From Podarcis pityusensis (Eukaryota), in the NCBI GenBank assembly GCA_964106645.2, contig OZ067047.1: a stretch of DNA of 64,000 nt, one strand, 5' to 3'. Shown here piece by piece: positions 37,890 to 52,768 of the stretch. The notes below the pieces were generated by a model. It was not told the origin of the DNA. It did no database searches and was given only the letters and a program-made list of their open reading frames with translations. The stretch's first letter is position 1. Each line of letters begins with the position of its first letter. The translations under genes were made by a program, and so were the position numbers.

Positions 37890-38970
37890 GGATATTTTTC
37901 TAGGAGGTGGATGGATCCTGGTTGTGGGTTATTCAATAATTAGAGGCATAGATGGTTGCCATTATGATAGGCATACAGATTGCATGGTGAACCGCCTACC
38001 TGGTGCAAAGGGTGCAGGTGTTGCCCACTGCCCACAGTTAGACAGGTGGTTAGTATTAGGGAGAAGTCAGTGGTCATGGTGCATGTTTGCACCAGTGACA
38101 TGGGGGAAATGTATTCACGAAGTCCTGGAAGCAAAATTTAGGTTGCTAGATAGGATGCTGAAAGCCAGGACATTCACAGGACCAGCTAGTGTGGTGCAGG
38201 CTAGCAATCCCAATGTGTGGATGAGACACTGGTTGTGGGAAGAGGGGTTTGGATTTGATAAGCACCGGGAACATTTTGCAGCAAGCCAAGCCTGTACAAA
38301 AGGTATGGACTCCACTTGAACCAGAGTGGAAGCAGACTACTGACAATGAAAGAGAAAAGATGGCATAGCAGCTTTTGAACTGATTACGGGGGAAGTGCCA
38401 ACAGGAGCTGATTGGAACAAATCTGCCCCCTGAGATGAAGCTGGGGGGAGGGGGGAAAATGATGAAAATTTAAACTGTGGAGCTGTAGAAGGGGCAGAGG
38501 TCAGCAATTCAGAGAGGCCAAAGCACCCCAGGCCAAAGACACTTGAAGATGGACACTGTATGTAAATCTTTATAAGCTAATGTTAGAAGCTTCTGAGCCA
38601 AGGTGGACAAACTGGAGTGCATGGTCTTAAAAGACAGCATTGATATAGTGGGCACAATGGGAATCTCGTAGAATGGAGGGAGGTAATGGGAAATTGTTAT
38701 CTCCAGATATAGACTCTATAGTAAGGACAGGGAAAGTTGCACTGGAGATGGTTTCACTCTGTACATCAAAGATGACATTGAATCAAGCCAACTACAAATC
38801 CCAAAAGAGGCAGGCCTGTCCACAAAATTATTGTGGGTGGTGATACTGGGCCCCATGACTAATTTAGTATGGGGTATACACTATTACCCTCCCTTATCTA
38901 AATGCTCGGGGAGATCCTAAGATGAGTAAGGAAATCAAGAAAGCATGCAAAAGAGGACATGTAGTAATAG
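37890..38970 (+). mobile_element. Decayed CR1-clade LINE: ORF1 esterase-like remnant and start of ORF2 endonuclease
   Basis: ILVVGYSIIRGID...LPGAK (GDS-motif remnant); downstream YKLYKANVRS..LECMVLKDSIDIVG..RYRLYSKDRE..LYIK with stops and frameshifts. Confidence 0.75.
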
Positions 38971-38984
38971 CTGACAGGAGAATA

Positions 38985-39112
38985 GAATGCTATTGCATTC
39001 GGGTCCTGCTTGCAGGCTTCCCATGGGCATCTGGTTGGGCCACTGTGAGAACAGGATGCTAGACTAGATCAGCCAGTGGTCTGAGCCAGCAGAGCTTTTC
39101 TTATATTCTTAA
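38985..39112 (+). mobile_element. Retroposon 3' end (CR1/SINE-type tail ...ttcttatattctta)
   Basis: An inverse copy lies at about 42013-42180. Confidence 0.6.
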
Positions 39113-39834
39113 TCTCTGGTCAATTTAAGGCTTATGAAGCAGGCTTGTTTAACTAAAGTTTATTTTAAGCCATAACTTCTAAGATTGACGGTTTGCTTGC
39201 TTGGGAAAAGGGGGAAGCGGGTTTTAGAAGATGCTAGCAGATACAGCTGTTGCTCAAATAAGATATTTTGTAATGGTGGTTACATGTGCTCAGTCACTGC
39301 ACATGCAAGCCGATAATAAAGCCTACAAAAGTTGCCAACAGAGACTAATTACAGCCTTCTGTACCTGGACAGAAGTAAACCACTCACAATTTAAACTTAA
39401 TTCCATTATGGACAGCCAAATTTCGACTACAACTCAGGTAAATTCAATTAATCCTGTTGTCTTTGATTTGGGAAATAAAAGATTCATCAAAGTGCTGAGA
39501 TACAAGAATCTGGCATGAAAATGGCAATTGGTCTCCAAACCCACAGTTTCTGAAAAGGAATCTGGCAGACCTGGTAACTGATCCTTTTACCGCTTTTTAA
39601 CTAATCCTGTTTTGGGGCATCAGTAGACCTCAGAAAGAACTCAAGTTGAGATACTTTGACTAGCTTATCTACAGTCCTTTTCCGTAACTCACTGATTCCA
39701 TTCATTTAAGAGGATTTCAAACTTGACAGCTACTCTTCCTCACAATGTACCTCCACACAAAAACTAGTTGCCATTAAGGAATTCTAATTTTAAAAACAGT
39801 TTAATTAAGTAAGAATTTCTTAATGATATTACAT

Positions 39835-40030
39835 GAACTTATGAAAATAGGAAGCTGCCTTATACCAAGACAGAGCATAGGTCCATCTAGGTCAGTATTA
39901 TCTACACTGAATGGCAGCAGCACTCTAGGGATTCAGGCAGGGTTCTCTCCCAGCCCTACCTGGAGATGCCAGGAATTGAATTTGGGACCTTCGACATACA
40001 AGGCAGATGCTATATTTACGGTCCTTCCCC
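39835..40030 (-). mobile_element. Squamate tRNA-derived SINE, decayed
   Basis: Minus strand has a B-box-like ggtcccaaattcaattcctggcatctcc and a ggtataaggcagcttccta tail. Confidence 0.6.
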
Positions 40031-40433
40031 ATAGTTTATTTGATATATAATTCTATTCTGAATCAAAATATAGAGAAGAGCAAAGAGTGCTTCACTGACC
40101 ACTAGAGGACTCCCTTGCTGCTTATTTTGCCTGGAATTTCAAGCATTTGCTGTACAGGAGACATGATATGGCTTGCCAAAGTAGGACCTCAAAACCTATT
40201 AACATTTCTTCCTTCACAGTACAGCACTGACAATGGGTTGAGAGGTTTCATAATTTAAAGCCCAAAGAGTACACAGTAGCTATCATTCTGAACCTCCTTC
40301 TCAGAAATGGTCAATATATCCAAATATATATCCAATGGCTTTTAAAAGGCTTTTGCCCAAAAACTTTTCATTTATTTTTTGGTATTTTGATATCCATGTT
40401 CATCATTAGTGTATGGCTCTGGCCTATACTCAC

Positions 40434-40606
40434 GTTTTCAATGTGCCAGATGTCATAAGCTCTGTAACCAGAACAATACACTTCTTTCCCTTGACAGTAG
40501 ACTCCCAGGAATCATAGAACCTAACAATGTTAGGATGTTGAAGCCCTTTCAACATTTCAGCCTCCTCCTTAAATCGTTGCCTCTCCGATTTGGACAGCTT
40601 CCGATC
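40434..40606 (-). CDS. WNK1: WNK1 exon 2 (173 nt): [58 protein letters not shown]
   Basis: Acceptor tttag|GATCGG and donor AAAAC|gtgagt; kinase subdomains III-V. Confidence 0.98.
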
Positions 40607-41559
40607 CTAAAAGATGGGGGCAAGAAAACATATATGAAAAACTGGAACAAAAACAAATCAAGCTTAATTATATAGGCAAGGCCACAAACATGCTGACTCT
40701 TGGGGCAGGATTAGATGCTACAAGACACACAGGACTGAAGGAGCCCAGCCGCACACACACCCCTCCTCAGCCAACACGAGATGTAACATCACTGCGGTTT
40801 GCCATTCTTTATCTCCACAGCAGAAAGTCAGTGGTGTCTACTTGTGCTATACTAAATTTTACCAGTACTGTAAGGAGAAAGACACCTCAGGTGACCAGAT
40901 AAACTTGTAGCAGTAACTTCTTCCCTAGAAAAGTGTGGTTTTTACAGAACTTCGTGCAGTCCTTAAAAACCCATCTGGAGAATTTACTTTTGAATTTATG
41001 GCAAACTTATCAGACTTTGCCTACAAACGTATGAACACTTAACCACTGCAGACAAACCTTGTTTAAAAATACAATTTGCTCATTTAATACTTTAATTTCT
41101 AGTTTCTGCAAGGTTTAAAATATGCTGCATGACTACTCATAACCCTATAAAGGAATCCTTACTTTGAAATTACTCACTATCAAAGGATGATAAAAGAAAT
41201 AACAGAGAACTGTGGTGACCCTCCAGATTTTGCAGCATTCCAACTCCTATCAGGCCCAGTCAGGGTAAGATATGACCAGGGTTTGAAATCAGCTGGGCGC
41301 TAGTCACATTTTGCAACTTGCAACTGGCCTCTTGCGACCAGATGGAGATGTCAAAGTACCACCTTTGACACCTAACATCTCCACCTGCCTGGCCTGGTGA
41401 TTCATGGGGTCTTGCAGGGTAGCGCGACTGTAAAATACGTGTCTTTTGCTGCTGCGCTACCCAGCAGACCCCCTGAATCACTCAGCAGCAAAAATAATTT
41501 GTTTCTCTCTCCCTCTCTCTGCTGTGCTATTGTGTGAATCAGGTGTTGACGTAGTTTGC

Positions 41560-41795
41560 TTTTAGCAGGCACTGAAAATAGCGCAGTGAAGGTGCTTGAT
41601 CTCAATAGGTAGGGAGTTCCAAAGTGTAAGCAGTGCCACACTAAATGACCACCTTCTTACAAATGTGGAACGAGTTCTACATGGCACCTGTAGTAATGCC
41701 AATTCTGCAGATTGAAGAGGACAAGTGGGCACATGTAGGGTAAGGCAATCTCGTGGGTAAACTGGTCCTAAATTGTTAAGGGCTTTATATACTAA
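41560..41795 (-). mobile_element. L2-like LINE fragment
   Basis: LVYKALNNLGPVY..D.L...SFSVA...LWNSLP.EI motif in ORF 41562..41888. Confidence 0.7.
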
Positions 41796-42012
41796 TTTAT
41801 GCAATTCATATTTTTTTTGTATTTCTACTGAATGCTGCTTTTCTTTTCCCTTTTGACAGTTTTGATTGCTAGGTCCTTTTTTTAGCATGAAATACTGAAT
41901 GTTATCTTAGAATTCAGAGTCTTGCCGTTCAAGAATTTAAGCAAATGTGCTCGCACACAAAGCATAAAGAGAATGCCTCAGTAATCCAGAACAATGTAAC
42001 AATGCTACTTGA

Positions 42013-42180
42013 AAAACATACAAAGAACCTACTGGATCAGGCCATTGGCCCATCTAGTCCAGCATCCTGTTCTCACAGTGGCCAACCAGGTGTCTGTAGG
42101 AAACCTGCAAGCAGGACGCAAGCACAAGAGCACCCCCCCCCGCACCCTGCACCTGCGGTTTCCAGCCACTGGTATTCAAA
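42013..42180 (-). mobile_element. Retroposon 3' end, same family as 38985-39112
   Basis: ggatcaggccattggcccatctagtccagcatcctgttctcacagtggccaaccag. Confidence 0.6.
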
Positions 42181-45100
42181 ATGGCTGGAGATCTCAACAA
42201 TGCTGAATTCCAAAAGAGTAAAGAAAACCCTGGATTGAAAAGCGAAACACATGCAATTGTGTTCTACAAATTTAGAAACATTGAGTAACCTAATCTGAGA
42301 AATTTAAATACAGAACTTTCCAAAGCCTGAATTTCACCACCACCACAATTCTCTTCTTAAAAGTACTTTTGCAACAGATTTGTAATGGCAAACAGAATAC
42401 AATATAACCACATCTTACACAGGGTTTTGGTTCCAAGGGTTCCGCATATACACAAAAATTGTGTATACCCAAACCCTTGGAACATCCTTGTGGCTAGTGG
42501 GGGAAGGGAAGAGAGAGAACATGCCCAGAACTTCCAGAACCTGTACACAGAGCAGCCCTTGCCCTTTAAAAGCTTTTTCCACACAGTGGACCTGGCCCCA
42601 AAATAGCTTTTAAGCTCTCCACCTTGATTACATTCCAGTTGTGCAATTTTAACTGGCAGGTGTTCAATCATGTAAGTTAAATGTGTGGAATATGTGATTG
42701 TACTGTAAACTCATCTACTACCATCCTTTCCCAAAATTCACAAACATATGCATGACAAAAGAATTTATCTCACTTTTGTTGCACTAAAATCAGAAGAAAA
42801 CATGCTATTAGAAGTGCTGGTGCCGCAAATTACACTTTTGGAACAGGGCAACTGGTAAGCCACATATTTTGGGTCTTCTGCAAATTCTCTCAGATTGCAA
42901 GGATTCAACAAGCAGTATATGTAAGCCCAGTAACATTTTCAAGTATTCCTCAAAGACGCACTTAAATGAGAAAGCAAACACATTTGCACACATTTTAAAA
43001 AATGAACTACTGATGACTAGACAGCAAAACCAGGCCAGTTAAGTATGTTTCTTACTGGAAACCTTTAACCTTTGGATGTAAACATGGAATTTTTGACTTA
43101 AGATGCTTTCCCTGTTCTCTGCAGGGTGTGTCAAATGCTAACTACTCCAAAGTCATTTGGGAAAGGAGTGAATTGCACTGCAGCTGACAATGTATTATAA
43201 CATACTGTTTAAGGAAACACAACTCTGGGTAGCTGCCTGGAAGCCCTGTAATCTTGCTACTGCTCAGCAGGGATTGGGGATGGTACACAACCTTTTTAAC
43301 AATACATAGTTCCTTACCGATCAGGGCAAAACCCCTACAGCACACAGGCTGGTCATTTAAATGAGGTGCATGACCGTGTGGAAGTCTTCAAACATGTTCT
43401 ACCACTTATCAATTTCAATTTAATTGCCCCACAATATTAAGATGACATGTGCTTTGCTGTGTAATGATTAAGAGTGGTCCATGGCTTATATAGAATTTAT
43501 TTTTTCACTGTTATAAACAGATAATTAGAACAAATCATAAATGAAATCCCAAAGGATAATAAAGAAAATGGATAAACACTGCATTTCCTTGATAGCAAAC
43601 CTCCAGGGCTCGCCACATCCCCTTCAACAATATTGCCTCCCTAGCAAGTTGAAACAGATGCATGAAGCCTTGTCTGCTAGCTTTGTTCATTCCTTTCCAC
43701 CCACATTAAATTGTTTTGACATTGTTTCAACAGAAATGCAACACTACCCAGCATGTGACTTGCATTTCTGTAATATAAGGGCACTAAATGTGGACAGAAA
43801 ATAAAAGAATCATTCAAACCACAACTACCTTTCTTGGCAATTTATACTTGACAGGTATTCAACACTGGAGTCAGCATTCAGTATTAGAGATGCCCCAATG
43901 TGTAGCACTAAAGCCATTATATCATGGTCCAAATTATATTGATAGTTCATCCAAATAAAAATGCTTAGTTGTCTGTTCCAAAGCTTAACTTTCCTTTCCT
44001 TTCTGCATGTAACTTTTTTAAGTATCAAGGAGACACATTAAACAACATTCATACAACTGCCAGGCCAGCAGCTAGACTTCCTTCAAACATTTCTCCCATC
44101 TAGCTGCAAGATTAGAAGAACCTTCACTTATAACTTGGTCAACTTCATTTAGCTCCAGATCCAAATAAACAGGCCCCTGAAACTTCATAGAACATTCAGG
44201 TAATAGCAACCCATTTCCCCAGTCGACATTTCATTTTTTTTTATTCACAAGCAGAGAACCACAAAGCAATTGTTCAAGTTGCACACTTGGCTACCATGTG
44301 TTTCTTTTAGTGTCCCATCCACCCTCACTATATAAAGGAGTGGGTAGAATGAAACTGCCCCCCAACTCCAGGAGGTCCATATCCCTGTGCACCACTCTCT
44401 GTCACCAACATGTCTGGGCAGCATGAAGGAATCATGCTTACATAGCCCTTGCCTCCAATGGTTTTTATAGGAGCTGTTTCTAAAAAATATTTTTCCTACC
44501 ACTCTTGTGTGTCCACTAGTAAATTAGAATACTACAACTCTCTCTCTAGGTCCATGTTGGCACTTTGCATCCTCCTATCACTAACAAGGTTATTCAGGCA
44601 TGGCACTGAGTCAGCTATTCCTTGCACCTTCCAAAGCCCGTAACCCAGAAGTAAGCCTTCCATTTCAGGGTCTTTAACCCTGCTCCTCCTCTCCTCATCA
44701 CTGCTGACTGCTAATCCACCATTTCCTTCTGAACAGGAAAGAACAAGAGGCAATGGAAACAAGGAAGGTGGGTCAGCAGCCACTATTCTGCTCACACACG
44801 TCTGCCCTCCCCCCTCTGGGCAGTGATGTCAATTGAATGACTTTGCCATCATGGGCAGATGAAGGTGAATAGGAAATAGAGGTGAGGATGAGCAAAGCCA
44901 ACTATGGGTCACCAATATAACTTTTCAAACACATTTAAGTGTTGCTGTTTTTAAGGAAATATAGTTGCTCCAAAAGTAAGACAATTTTTTGTCCCAGAAA
45001 TAAATACTGATCATATTTTCTGAATTCCAGCTGTGTTTTTTAACCAATCCCCTAAAGGTTTTAAGTGGAGCAAGCCTGGTGAATCTCCCTTTGGGGTGTC

Positions 45101-46699
45101 ACAATATGTATGCCACTCCAAGAAAAAAACACACATTTCTAACAGACGATATCTTCATTGCAGACGATGGTGACAACCCAGAGCAAAGTCTCTCTAGCTG
45201 ATCTTAATTCACATGGGTGAATTAAACTGTCTTTGAGAGCTTATAAATTTTAAATGAGCAAGATAATTTTAAAAGCACACACACATGCATAATGCAGTAC
45301 ACAGTCTCCGATTACCGTTTTCTAAGATGAAAACACTGATATTTTATAAAGGACAGATATTACAAAGTCTATGAGAAATACAAGTGCATAGCAACTGGTA
45401 TCTTCAAAATTCTGTTTTTGTTTACATGAAACGATAAAGAGTAGATAAAATAATTAACATGCCGGCTATTCTGCAAATGCTTAAATTTACAAACTATGGC
45501 TTTGCCAGCAACTAGACAAAGACACACTTTTTAAAAAAAGTATAATTAGAACAATGGGATCCCAAACTATAGTAACTGTAGCTAGGCAACAAACAATCAG
45601 ATGTTTAACACCTGTGCACACTGCTCATAAGCACAGGGGACTGGAAGGAATAGAGCAGTTGCTTAGGAGAAAATTCTAGCATTCATGAACCCAAGAACAG
45701 CAGAACAAGATGGTATTTTTCAAAAAGATAATAGTGAACTGTACGGAGTCCAAAAGGAGGTCAGTGTCAGATATTATTCCTTGCAGAAGCATGGAAACCC
45801 AGGCCAGGGAGCGCATGCCAACTCCTGAAACAAATATCAGTCTGAGAGAACTGTTGGGGTTTCCGCTCTCGCACCTTCCCTGGGGCTACATAAGACTAAT
45901 GTGTTCCAAGGGAAGGCAAACAAAAAGAAACCTTGGCCAAGAAGCTAGTGCCAACAGCTCCTATATTTTACACTTTGGGGTATAAAATCTACCGAGTTGA
46001 GGAAATAAACTACAAACTCTTGTATGCATAAAGCCAAAGTGTGAGTGAAGCATGTGCAGGGCAAATGCAGTTCTTATCATAGTTTTGGATAAGGTCACCG
46101 TTCAATGTTCAGTTTTGTGTTTGTATTCATTTCCTCTTTACAAGGAAGCTGCCCTAGGAAAATACCATCTTCAAATATAGCCTTTAGTAATACTTATAAC
46201 TATCACCAGTTTGCCTGCTCAGTTCTCCTATCCTATGACTAACTCAAATATAAGCAATATGCCAGCTAACATACTAGAACTCTAAATCAATGTTTTTCTT
46301 CTAGATTTAAGTTTATAATTTCTGGCTAATTCAACAACGTCCCAATTAGTCTCATAGGTACAGTTTGCCTTGCATGTGAAGATCTAACTACTGTTTATAT
46401 TTGAATAATTCATACTAAGCAATTAATATATACTACTCATAACTGGCATTGTTGGGAATTGTAAGAGATCAAAAAAATCAGTGCAGCTTTTAAAGTTTCA
46501 GCCCACCATCTTGATTCAAATAGTGTCCAGCTGTATCCAAACACAGACGGAAACCTGTTCCTTGACCTCAGGAACCATCTAGCAATATTTGGGCACAATG
46601 TATTTTATGAAATATTCAAATGTATAGCAAGCACCTTTCCAGAATACATAATAGACATCTCTCTCACACATAGAGCACATTTTTTTAAGAATATGTATT

Positions 46700-47420
46700 A
46701 GCTTCAATACCTAAGGTGTCATTAGATTTAAAATTAAGACTAATACAACAGAAAATAATATTTAGAGTTTATTGGACCCCTTTACGGTTGTATAAAAAAG
46801 GGTTAGCTAAGACAGTTCAGTATTGGAGATGTGGCAAGGACAATGCTTCTCTGAAACACATGTTTGTACAGTGTTCTTTACTTAACAAGTTTTGGGAGAA
46901 ATTGCTGGACTGTGTAACTATGACTGTGCAGAAAGTTAAATCTTTCAGCAGCGAATATTTTATTGAACTATATACCTGCAGTATGGAAATTATCAATGAG
47001 ACAATGGAAATGGATTTTCCGTGCCCTAGTGGTGGCCAAGAGATTGATATTGAGGAATTGGAAAAATAAAGATATGATAGCTTTCAATCAATGGACAGAT
47101 GATATGACATCACTCGCAATTTATGAACAGACTGCTTACAGGCACAGACTCTGTATGGATAAATACGATAAAATTTGGAATGAGTTTATACATAATGTCG
47201 TAGGCTATTAACATTTACATAAGCACTAGGACAATAACACTATACCAATTTATACAAGAATGTATGGGAATATTGTATATTGCTTCTTCTTTTTTTGTAT
47301 ATTTGTGTTTTTTAATGTATCATTGTTATTGTTTTTCTCCCGCTCACTTTCCTCTTTTTTCTGTTTCACTTTATTTCTTTTAACTGAAATCACCATAATT
47401 AAATATAAATATTTAAAAAA
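46700..47420 (+). mobile_element. L1/Tx1-clade LINE 3' fragment (C-terminal Cys-rich region and T-rich 3'UTR), frameshifted
   Basis: KIIFRVYWTPLRL...WRCG...HMFVQC...FW, then AKRLILRNWK...W in the next frame. Confidence 0.8.
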
Positions 47421-48960
47421 GAACTGGAAACACCTCTTCCCCCACAGCCTGCTACCATCAATTGGCAGCTAGGCAAAAACTAACTGGATAGCTCTGAGCC
47501 TCAGCACAAGCTTACCCCTTTGCATGTAGGGAACAAAGAGAGTCCCATTTAGAATTTTCCTGTGCTAGTGGAATTCAGTTTTCAGCTGTAAAACAGCTCC
47601 AGAACCCACTCTCTAGGGAGACTGGTCTAGACCAATTTCTCTCATGCTTCAAGAAGCAGCTGAAAGCCTTATTCTTGCCAGGCCTTCTTTCTACGTCACA
47701 GTATGATATCCTATGCCTGAAAGCTGCAATTTGGTATGCTTTAGATTTTGAGTGTGGGTTTTACTGTTTTATTTCAGTCAAAGTCAGATGTCATATTGTT
47801 TTTAATGCTTGAAATTATTTTTATGTGCTTTTATTGTTGTTTTTATTGTGAAAGTTCTCAAAGTTATTTAACAGGAAGCAATCCATAAATAAAATAAACA
47901 AACACTTGTTTACGTGGCTGCAGTGTTTGTATTCCTGCTTCTAAATCTCTTAAATTGTCCTGACTACTTTCAAATAAAAACAGATTATACATTTTCACCT
48001 GTCCTTCCAAACTGAGTTTTTAAAAATACTGATATGCCCTACAGGGTGGTTGTAAGGATTAGTGGATTAATGTGTCCAAAGGTATTATTTTTTTAGCTTG
48101 CATAACCAAAAGAGACATTTGGTGTTATGAATAACTCAGAGGTTTGCTGTGGTAATTGTGTATAAGGCCTAATGATAAGGAAGCCAAAAGGATATGGTTT
48201 TGAATCTGTGAAGTATTTAATTATTGTGCCATGTAGCATTTTTATATATTTCTGAATGGGGTGTAAACAAGAAAACATGAAGTGCAGTAAGGATGAAAGA
48301 GAATTCAAAGTAAAAGACTAGTTATTCTGCAAGAATGCTGGACAGAACAAGAGAATGACCAGGAAATGTCAGTACTGTTAAGGATGAACAATATGACCTA
48401 AATGCATCATACAGCAAGATACCTATGATGTTATTCATACACAGTCTTACCAACAGAGAAGTCTGTTTCTCATTACTTTGTATTTTAAGGCACATGTTGT
48501 CCTTGGTTTTGCGCCATTCTATTTTTCAAAAGCCTGAATGAGAACAGTTTGGAGGCTATTTCTCAGGATTCAAAACCAGAACTCTGTAGGTTGTCATGGT
48601 TCAAGGAGCCTATATAATCAAGTCCCTACATCTTATTACCAGTGTTAGGAACTCAAATATATAAGCTAATCACCAAACAGAACCTTAAACCTAGGTTACG
48701 GTTGCCACAGTGGATGTCTAGGTGCCTTTTTTAAAGTGGTGTGATGATGATGATTTTCATTTCTATACCACTTAATATTTTAAAGGGAAAAAATCTCAAA
48801 GCTGTTTACAACACATTAAAACATCAAATAAAATAATCCAGAATAAAACAAACTCAAGCTTCAAAGAAAATATTTCAGATCCTTCTCTAAGTGAAATTTC
48901 CCCCATATTTATTTACCTACTTAATTTATATAGCTGCCCCATAGCAGAAGTACTCTAGGT

Positions 48961-49155
48961 AGCCAGTGTGGTGAAGTGGTCAGAGTACTGGACTAAAACC
49001 TGGGAAATCAGGATTCGAAACCCCACTGTCATGAAGCTCACTGAGTTACCTTGGGCCTCTAAACCTACCTCACAGGGTCTTTGTAGAGATTAAATGGGGG
49101 GGGGGGTAAACCGTGTACTCCTTGGAGAAAAAAGCGGGCTATAAAAACATAAATA
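48961..49155 (+). mobile_element. tRNA-derived CORE-type SINE
   Basis: A-box and B-box-like motifs (gtggtgaagtgg; ggattcgaaaccc) and a cctacctcacaggg core; related copy at about 63520-63720. Confidence 0.6.
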
Positions 49156-52100
49156 AGCTCTTCTGCTTACCTGGTTAAGAAAGCTGGAGATATCAGTCAC
49201 CAACCTGGCATCTAGAGATTAGGGCTGGGCGATATCTGGTTTTCAACATTGTGATATATGGCTATGTCACAATGTCTGAAATAAGGATGGAGCTAAGTAG
49301 AGGCATTGGCTAGCTTCACAGTTTTTAACACACTGGGATTTTTGCATACTGCATGCATGATCAAAAATTATGGAACCAGTATCACAATATGGATTTCATG
49401 TGGCTGCAACTAGACCCACGCCAGTAGCAAAATGCACCTGGCTAATTTCTAACACTGCTTATTACCTTCCTTCTGCCCCACTTAAGTCTTTTGTGAATCT
49501 CTGAAGATGGTATAATTCAACATAGACAAGTTGCAAATCTCAATGTGAGAAGAAATGGAGAAGATGAAAACAAACACTATTAGCATTTCTCTTTTAAAAT
49601 ATAAATGACCAGCCCTACCACAACCACAATGCCCGCCTTTCAAATTGCAGTTTAGTTGTCACAGCCAAGCTGTGTATATTACATGCTAAGAAATAGAGAA
49701 ATAATTAAAGTTTATGCTGAATATTGTGTATGAAATAAAAAGAATTCTGAAATTCCAAAGAATTAAGAAGTTTCTAGACACAGTGTTTACTATTCTGAAC
49801 TGCGCATTGATATATTCTTAAAGACAAACTGAAATTGCCAGATATAAAGCAGCAAAGTATTAAATGCTAATGAGTTTTCATTCTGTTCACTGCTCCCCAA
49901 TAAGTATTCAAAAGGATGACTGAATCTGTATTTTCCTCTTCCAGGAACGATGGAAAGTATCAGCCATCCTGCAAAAGAATGTGTTAGTAGAGTGAAGAAT
50001 CCTTTACAACTTCAAAATAATATAAATATATCACTTCAAGAAGGAATAAGAGATATATTATTTTAGAGGTCAGCTTTTGCATTTATTATGAAGCAGGCTA
50101 ACAAATCCCATACCTTTTAAAAGAAACGTTATATGTGAAGGTCAAACGGCTACCATGCCAATCTCTACAACACTGGTTACACAACCGAGTCCTCTAAGTT
50201 CCTTCAAAAAGCAATAAAGTGTTACATAACACTGGAATGCAAAAGTTGGCATGCAGTTCACAACAAATGTCCTATGCGATGTTAGGGAAGCTAATCTGAT
50301 CTCCATGGCTAATATCCTAGAAATAAAACTTTTGGAAAAATTTGGAGCATAGGTGGCTTTGTAATCACATCTTAGGCAGTTAGATGTGCATTTTTTTATC
50401 ACTATGCACAAAGGCATCTTGCCAGAAACATAAAAAGACATCAATAGGCTTCAAACTACTTGACTTCATCTACGTAGTCATATTTTAACAGCACAACTTG
50501 TGATGCACAATTTCTACCACAAATGTTTACTGAATAAACACTAGTGGTAGCAGAAGCAGCAGCTATAACCATTGTTAAAACACCACAAGGCCATTTGTGA
50601 ATATGTGATCACATCCCACTAATGCCAGCTAAAGCACACCATAAATACACAATGAATCATTGCCACTCTTAACACCACCTCTGGTACTAACTCCCGCAAA
50701 GGGTAGTCTACAGCCAATCCCAGTGTCAGCAGCTATAAGACAGCGCTGCTTGTCTACCTATCAAGAAACTGAAAATACATGACCCGCAGCAACAATCTCA
50801 GAGTTTTGTGTATAATCACAATTTCTATACAGCTCCTACCCAGGACACACCCTATCATGAAGTAATGTGAAGCAACCCACTTAAAGTAGCACCAGCAGGG
50901 AGAAGGGAGAAAATACAAGATTTGGGTTGCTTGGCGTGGTCATCTACACTTCCAGTATAGTGCCTTCTGTGAGTTGGCATCACATCCACACCACGATGGG
51001 CTTTTGGCCACAAGACCTGCCAAACCAATGCATGTAGGTTAGGTTTACGATTATTAAATTTGTATATCACATCTCATGAAAAAGTGAGCCCTATGGGATC
51101 TCTGCCAAGTGATTTTTCAGCAACATGCAATTTGCAAAAACTTTGTTTGCTTATTCCAACTTTATTCCAATAATTTGCTACATTTACTATATTTTCAGAA
51201 GTCTCATTAAAATCCTTTCTGCAACAGGATTAAATCTGTAAAGTGGATTTAGTCAAAAGAAACACGCTACTGTCAAGCAGCTTTCAGTGCCCGAGTTACA
51301 ATTCTGACTTATTTCAAGTTCAACTGGAAAGTTTTGTATTTTCACAACAGACATTTTCAAATTCAGATAGTACTTATGGTTTATTTAACTTAAAATTATT
51401 CCAAAAGGGTATACTGCCAGTTTGCTCACCATGAGAAAATCAAGAGCTTCAGCTGGGAACATTGAGCTCAGTATATATTAAGTACCTAACTATAATCCAG
51501 CCTTATATTTCAGCACATTTAAGACTTGCCTAGTAGCCATAAGCTGACAAGGAACTGCACAGCTGAGTGAATAGGCTGGCAAATCTATCACTTCTCTACA
51601 CACAGAATAGAAATCAAGCAGGTTGCCATGCATAAAAGTGTAAGGGGCAGAGCTCTTCATCCCACTTCAACCAGCTCCCCACCCTGGCTAGAAATTATCC
51701 TCCCCACCTGCCACATGTAAGTAACTTTCATGGGCTTATTTACAAGACTGCTACAATCGGCTACAAAGCAGCTTCAACAAAATATAACAGCTTTTCCTCC
51801 CTATATGCCCCCCTTACAATCCAAACTTTTACAGGCTTAACCTTAACCCACTAGCTCTAACCAATGCAGACTATCACTGTCAGTCACGACCACAAGACTA
51901 CTTCTTTTTATATTTTAACTTTTTTTCTAGCACTATCGCTTGGGCTCATTGAGTAACAAACATTTAAAGATACACACAAAAATGCAGACTAAAAGAACTG
52001 CATTAATGATATAATTTTAGTGCTGGCACAACACAATTGGGAAAACACACTATCACAAGTGAAGCACTTTCACTGTATGCTACTACATCATTCAGAGCAA

Positions 52101-52527
52101 TGCCCATGCCAAAATATTACTGATAAAAAAATTCTTCCAATAACCTTCACCCTTTGTCTACTCACTGCTATTTTTATTTGGGTCAAATTCAGTGCAACTA
52201 GGAAGCGAGCCAAAGCTGTTGATATTCCACAAAATTTCAGCATCCAACATATTAAAGCCACATAAGCCATCTATTTTTGTTTCTTGCAGGTAAAAATAAA
52301 AATGCTCGCCATGCACAGAATTCATACTAACATAGAACTCCATAGTTAATCACAGAGCACACAAAAAGAAATTACCATGTTTTTATTCAGAATAATAAAA
52401 TACAGCAGTAACTTTAGGAAACAAAAATCTAACTCACACCCTAATATGTATATAAAATCATTTGAAAGGAACAGTTTTAAGCCTTCCAATATATGACACT
52501 AAATGTCAGGAGTAGTGCAAGCAACTA

Positions 52528-52768
52528 CAGTAGTACCTCAGTTTAAGAACAGTCCAGTTTAAGAACGATTTGGTTTACAAACTCTGCAAAACCGGAAATA
52601 GTGTCTTGGTTTGAGAACTTTACCTCGGTCTAAGAACGGAATCCGAACGGTGGAAGGGCACCGGCAGCAGGGGGCCTCATTAGGGAAAGCGCATCTCGGT
52701 TTAAGAACGGTTTTGGTTTAAGAACGGACTTCCAGAACGTATTAAGTTTGTAAACCGAGGTACCTCTG
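52528..52768. mobile_element. TA-flanked mariner/Tigger-like MITE
   Basis: TA|CAGTAGTACCTC ... GAGGTACCTCTG|TA. Confidence 0.8.

Noticed and set aside
37747-38319. 190-aa ORF as a nested gene
   Set aside because: Decayed CR1-clade ORF1 remnant.
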